Assembly: GCA_029851645.1 (NCBI GenBank)
Contig: JARKVN010000108.1
Coordinates: forward strand, 1-53,676
DNA from: Cellulosilyticum sp.
Lineage (GTDB): Bacteria > Bacillota > Clostridia > Lachnospirales > Cellulosilyticaceae
Length of the DNA stretch: 53,676 nt
Direction: 5' to 3'
Shown here: positions 50,331-53,676 of the stretch, in pieces
How the letters are laid out: every line of letters starts with the position of its first letter
Numbering within the stretch: the stretch's first letter is position 1
The notes under the pieces: model-generated
Seen by the model: the letters and a program-made list of their open reading frames with translations, nothing else
What the model was told of the DNA's origin: nothing
The model's database searches: none
Translations under genes and position numbers: made by a program

Positions 50331-52037
50331 TTAGTCTTTTGTTAGCGCCCTTCCTATGGTTAGCTCTACGCTACATCCACATCCTTTTTGTGAAGTAATC
50401 TTAATGCCATATTCTTCTCCATAATATAACTTAATACGTTTCTCTACATTTTGTAGCCCAATACCACTTAATCTAGTTTCCCTATTTGGGGTTTGATCAT
50501 CTTTATTAAATCCTATACCATTATCCACTACTCTTACTACAATTTTATCCCCCTTATCTTGAACCTCTATCCAGATATGCCCTTTTCCCTCTATATATTT
50601 TATGCCATGGTATATGCTATTTTCTACAATCGGCTGTAGTATAATTTTAGGTATATTTTCTTTTAATATAGACTGATCTACATCAATCATATATTCTAGC
50701 TTCTCCTCATAACGTACTTTTTGTATATAAAGATATTCCTTAATGTGTTCAATCTCTTCCTCTATTGTTACAAGTTCCCTTCCCTTGTTAAGAGATAATC
50801 TAAAAAACTTTGCCAATGACTTTGTCATATCAATCACCTTATCATTTTCATTAAACTCCGCCATCCATACAATTGTATCTAAAGTATTGTACAAAAAGTG
50901 AGGGTTAATCTGACTAATAAGTGCATTAATTTCAAGCCTTCCAAGACTTTTCTCCTTTTCTTTAAGCTCTTCCATAAGCTCCCGAATCCTTCTCAGCATC
51001 TTATTATAACTTTCTGCTAATAAAATAGTCTCATAAAATCCACCTCTATCCACTTGTACTTCTTTTAAATCTTCTATCTCTTCCATTGTCTTTTCAAGAT
51101 TTTCCAAGGGCCTTGAAATTCTATTAGCAAAAAAACTTCCGCTTACCAGTATACTTACAAAAATTAGAAGCCCTGTTATCATTACCAATTCAAGTACTTG
51201 TTTTTCTAGCATCCTTAAATTATCTAATGAAAGTATCCCAATCAAAATCCAATTTGTATTTTCTACCTTAGTGTGATAAGACAATTGCTTTAATTTCTTA
51301 TTGTAACTATCCCCTTTTCTATAAATATTAATTAATTCTTTCTTCTTATCTTCATCTTTTAAATAGGTTGCATCTTCATGATAAATTAATTCGTCTTCTA
51401 CATTGAGCATGTAAATATACCCTTGCTCTCCTAAATTAAGGTCTTCTATATAATCCCCAATAAAGCAGTATCTTAAATTAATGACAAGTACTCCTAAACT
51501 ATTTCCTTGATAATCATTAATCTCACGACTTAAAGAAATTACCCATTCATCCTCATCCCCAAATAACTTTTGCATCCTAGCTCCTGTTAAAATCGGCATA
51601 TTATCTTCCATAGCTTTTATATACCAGTCTTCCTTCATAACCTCATCAAAAACTGTACGATCTAGCCCTTCTTTACTTCCCATTAAACGCCCATCTTTTG
51701 CTGCTATGGTAATAGATTGAATATGATTGTCTACTTCTAATATGGTATTAATTTGCTGCTTGATAGCAGCTTCTTCTTCCTTTTCTCCACTTTCTAAATA
51801 CTCAATTAGACTTGGATTTTCTGATAAAATTTTAGAGATATCTTTTATCTTATCTATGTAACCTTCTATCATATCACTGCTTTTTTGTAAAGCCATCGTT
51901 GTTTTTAATATCGCTTCTTCTACAAACATATTTGAGACACTAAAGTATATAATAGTGCTCACCAAAATAACTGTTGAGAAACTCAGCATCAAATAAAACA
52001 TGGATATTTGTATTTTTAGCCTTTTAAAATAAATCAT
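50331..52037 (-). CDS. YesM-type sensor histidine kinase with Cache domain
   Basis: Two TM, dCache-like DWY...VISLSR, SQINPHFLYNTLD, DNGIG. Confidence 0.92.
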   Translation of the reverse strand: MIYFKRLKIQISMFYLMLSFSTVILVSTIIYFSVSNMFVEEAILKTTMALQKSSDMIEGYIDKIKDISKILSENPSLIEYLESGEKEEEAAIKQQINTILEVDNHIQSITIAAKDGRLMGSKEGLDRTVFDEVMKEDWYIKAMEDNMPILTGARMQKLFGDEDEWVISLSREINDYQGNSLGVLVINLRYCFIGDYIEDLNLGEQGYIYMLNVEDELIYHEDATYLKDEDKKKELINIYRKGDSYNKKLKQLSYHTKVENTNWILIGILSLDNLRMLEKQVLELVMITGLLIFVSILVSGSFFANRISRPLENLEKTMEEIEDLKEVQVDRGGFYETILLAESYNKMLRRIRELMEELKEKEKSLGRLEINALISQINPHFLYNTLDTIVWMAEFNENDKVIDMTKSLAKFFRLSLNKGRELVTIEEEIEHIKEYLYIQKVRYEEKLEYMIDVDQSILKENIPKIILQPIVENSIYHGIKYIEGKGHIWIEVQDKGDKIVVRVVDNGIGFNKDDQTPNRETRLSGIGLQNVEKRIKLYYGEEYGIKITSQKGCGCSVELTIGRALTKD

Positions 52038-52810
52038 TTGATTTGTCCTGCTTGGGCCTTAAATTTTTTTGTTGTTAATTTATATCTTTTCTTAAAACAC
52101 GCACTAAAATAGTTAGGATCCTCTATGCCTATGGCACTTGCAATCTCATAATTTTTCATAGGTGTTGACAGAAGTAATATTTTTGCTCTTTCGAGCCTTA
52201 TATTTAAAAGATACTCTCTAAAATTAATACCAAATAGACTCTTAAATAGCGTACTAAGATAACCCACACTAAAACCCAGTTCCAAAGCTAATGTATTTAA
52301 AGAAAACTCTGAGTTACTAATGTTGTTATTAATAATTTCGCTGATAACTTCTTTATAATTATTTTCTCTATTTACATTAAGGTCTCTTGTAATTTCTATC
52401 ACAGCTTCTTTCACAGCTTGTATATTTTTATCTGCCTTCTTCTTTTCTATCAATCCACTGATGATCTCTATGATGTCTACCTTTGAAACAGGCTTTAATA
52501 TATAATCATCAACTCCTATCTTTAACGCATTTACAGCATAATCAAAATAATCATACCCTGTAATAAACGCTATTTTAATATCCTGATTTTGTGCCTTTAC
52601 TTTCTTTGCAAAATCTAATCCATTCATTCTAGGCATATTAATGTCTGCTAACACAATATCAATTTCTTTCTCACTTACTATTCTCAATGCTTCTTCTCCA
52701 TTTTCAGCTTCATAGACCTCTTCAATATCCATGATTTGAAAATCTATACATTTTTTAATCCCACGTCTTACAATACTTTCATCATCCACAATAAGTAGTT
52801 TATACATCAC
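52034..52810 (-). CDS. Response regulator, receiver plus AraC HTH
   Basis: VDDE, DINMP, TGYD.FDYA, YILKP; GIEDPNYFSACFKK. Confidence 0.92.
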   Translation of the reverse strand: MMYKLLIVDDESIVRRGIKKCIDFQIMDIEEVYEAENGEEALRIVSEKEIDIVLADINMPRMNGLDFAKKVKAQNQDIKIAFITGYDYFDYAVNALKIGVDDYILKPVSKVDIIEIISGLIEKKKADKNIQAVKEAVIEITRDLNVNRENNYKEVISEIINNNISNSEFSLNTLALELGFSVGYLSTLFKSLFGINFREYLLNIRLERAKILLLSTPMKNYEIASAIGIEDPNYFSACFKKRYKLTTKKFKAQAGQIK

Positions 52811-52871
52811 ACTCTCCCTTATCTAAGTAAATAACTTATTCCTTTAACTAATTATATTATTTTTACCACTA

Positions 52872-52900
52872 TAAAAAGAGCTGATTGCTCAGCCCCTTTA
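52872..52900 (-). terminator. Intrinsic terminator
   Basis: AGGGGCTGA-GCAA-TCAGCTCTT plus T tract. Confidence 0.75.
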
Positions 52901-52906
52901 TAATAT

Positions 52907-53676
52907 TTATTCTACAATACGATCAGTTACTTTTCCAGCCGCATAGTCAATGACAGAAATACTTAAATCCGCATTAAGGACATACGCTTTTCCTGTTTCT
53001 TTACTATATACAATGGCTTGTCTTGGCTCATTTAATCCACTAATGACTCTTTTTACTTCTAATGTTTTTGTATCAATGACACTTACTTGGTTACTTCCTT
53101 TTTCACCCGTTAAAACTATTTTTCCATCTTGAGATAAAGCTGCACCATAAGGTTCTTTTCCTACTTTAATAGATTTCACAACTTTACCTGTTTTGATATC
53201 TAGTACATTAATGACATTCCCACTACTTGATGCACCATATAAGTATTTTCCATCTTGATCCACAGAAATTGCTCGAACTGCTGGAATTCCTTCTAAAGTC
53301 TTTTCTATCTTTAACGTTTTAGTATTGATGACTCTTACATCATCTCCTTTGAAATTTGTTACATACACAAATTCATCTTTTGCATCTACAACAATCCCTT
53401 GTCTTGGTTCACTAAATCCTTCTATTACTTTCTCAATCTTTCCATTTTCTAAGTTAATCACTGTTACTGTGCTTTCTGCTTGATTATTAGCAAAGATTTT
53501 CTTTCCATCATTGGTTAATGTAAATCCAAATACACCTTGTTTTAATTCAAATGTACGAATAACTTCTAATGTTTTGCTATCTATTTCTCTAATGGTTCCA
53601 TAAGTACTATCTGAAACATAGAAGTACTTCCCATCTTTTGAGAAGGCAATATTTCTAGGTGTTACAAACTCATCTA
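52907..53676 (-). CDS. YncE/YVTN-family beta-propeller protein (5' end outside the window)
   Basis: Frame stays open to the window edge (DEFVTPRNIAFSKDGKYFYVSDS...); about 42-aa blades incl. YVTN and VSVIDTKT. Confidence 0.85.
   Translation of the reverse strand, partial: DEFVTPRNIAFSKDGKYFYVSDSTYGTIREIDSKTLEVIRTFELKQGVFGFTLTNDGKKIFANNQAESTVTVINLENGKIEKVIEGFSEPRQGIVVDAKDEFVYVTNFKGDDVRVINTKTLKIEKTLEGIPAVRAISVDQDGKYLYGASSSGNVINVLDIKTGKVVKSIKVGKEPYGAALSQDGKIVLTGEKGSNQVSVIDTKTLEVKRVISGLNEPRQAIVYSKETGKAYVLNADLSISVIDYAAGKVTDRIVE

Noticed and set aside
809-53132. Numerous short ORFs in the track overlapping longer genes (e.g. 2343-2618, 27406-27843, 37340-37837, 43041-43529, 49542-50102)
   Set aside because: Antisense or alternate-frame shadows of well-supported genes, with no RBS or family motifs
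1-53676. CRISPR array, tRNA/rRNA, IS, prophage or anti-phage defence genes
   Set aside because: No regularly spaced repeats, cloverleaf or rRNA-like segments, or transposase, integrase or nuclease motifs seen

Overview
AT-rich chromosomal window from a clostridial-type Firmicute (inferred from composition and gene content), with most genes on the minus strand. In order it holds: a FIST/NosP-like sensor plus a soluble chemoreceptor; an esterase-acyltransferase-DUF6320-like operon; MarR-MATE; a ZTP(pfl)-riboswitch-controlled split PurH; a LacI-regulated alpha-glucoside ABC/GH65/pgmB operon; vanZ-GDPD; a second (trehalose-phosphorylase-like) GH65 with AraC; a soluble MCP with a degenerate CZB domain; Fur-boxed feoAAB plus a small Cys-rich gene; a MATE; a fused GH43/AraC deletion scar; a high-mannose N-glycan locus (GH38, GH85, ABC, two-component system, YesL) with two homopolymer frameshifts; a Fur-boxed heme/iron ABC-flavodoxin-HutZ-like operon; and a YesMN-type system downstream of a YncE/YVTN propeller cut by the window edge. 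I saw no tRNA, rRNA, CRISPR or transposase. The least expected signal is a pair of decayed group IIC intron-like 5' ends, each just after a terminator, that bracket vanZ-GDPD as direct repeats. All family assignments come from motif recognition by eye; no searches were run.
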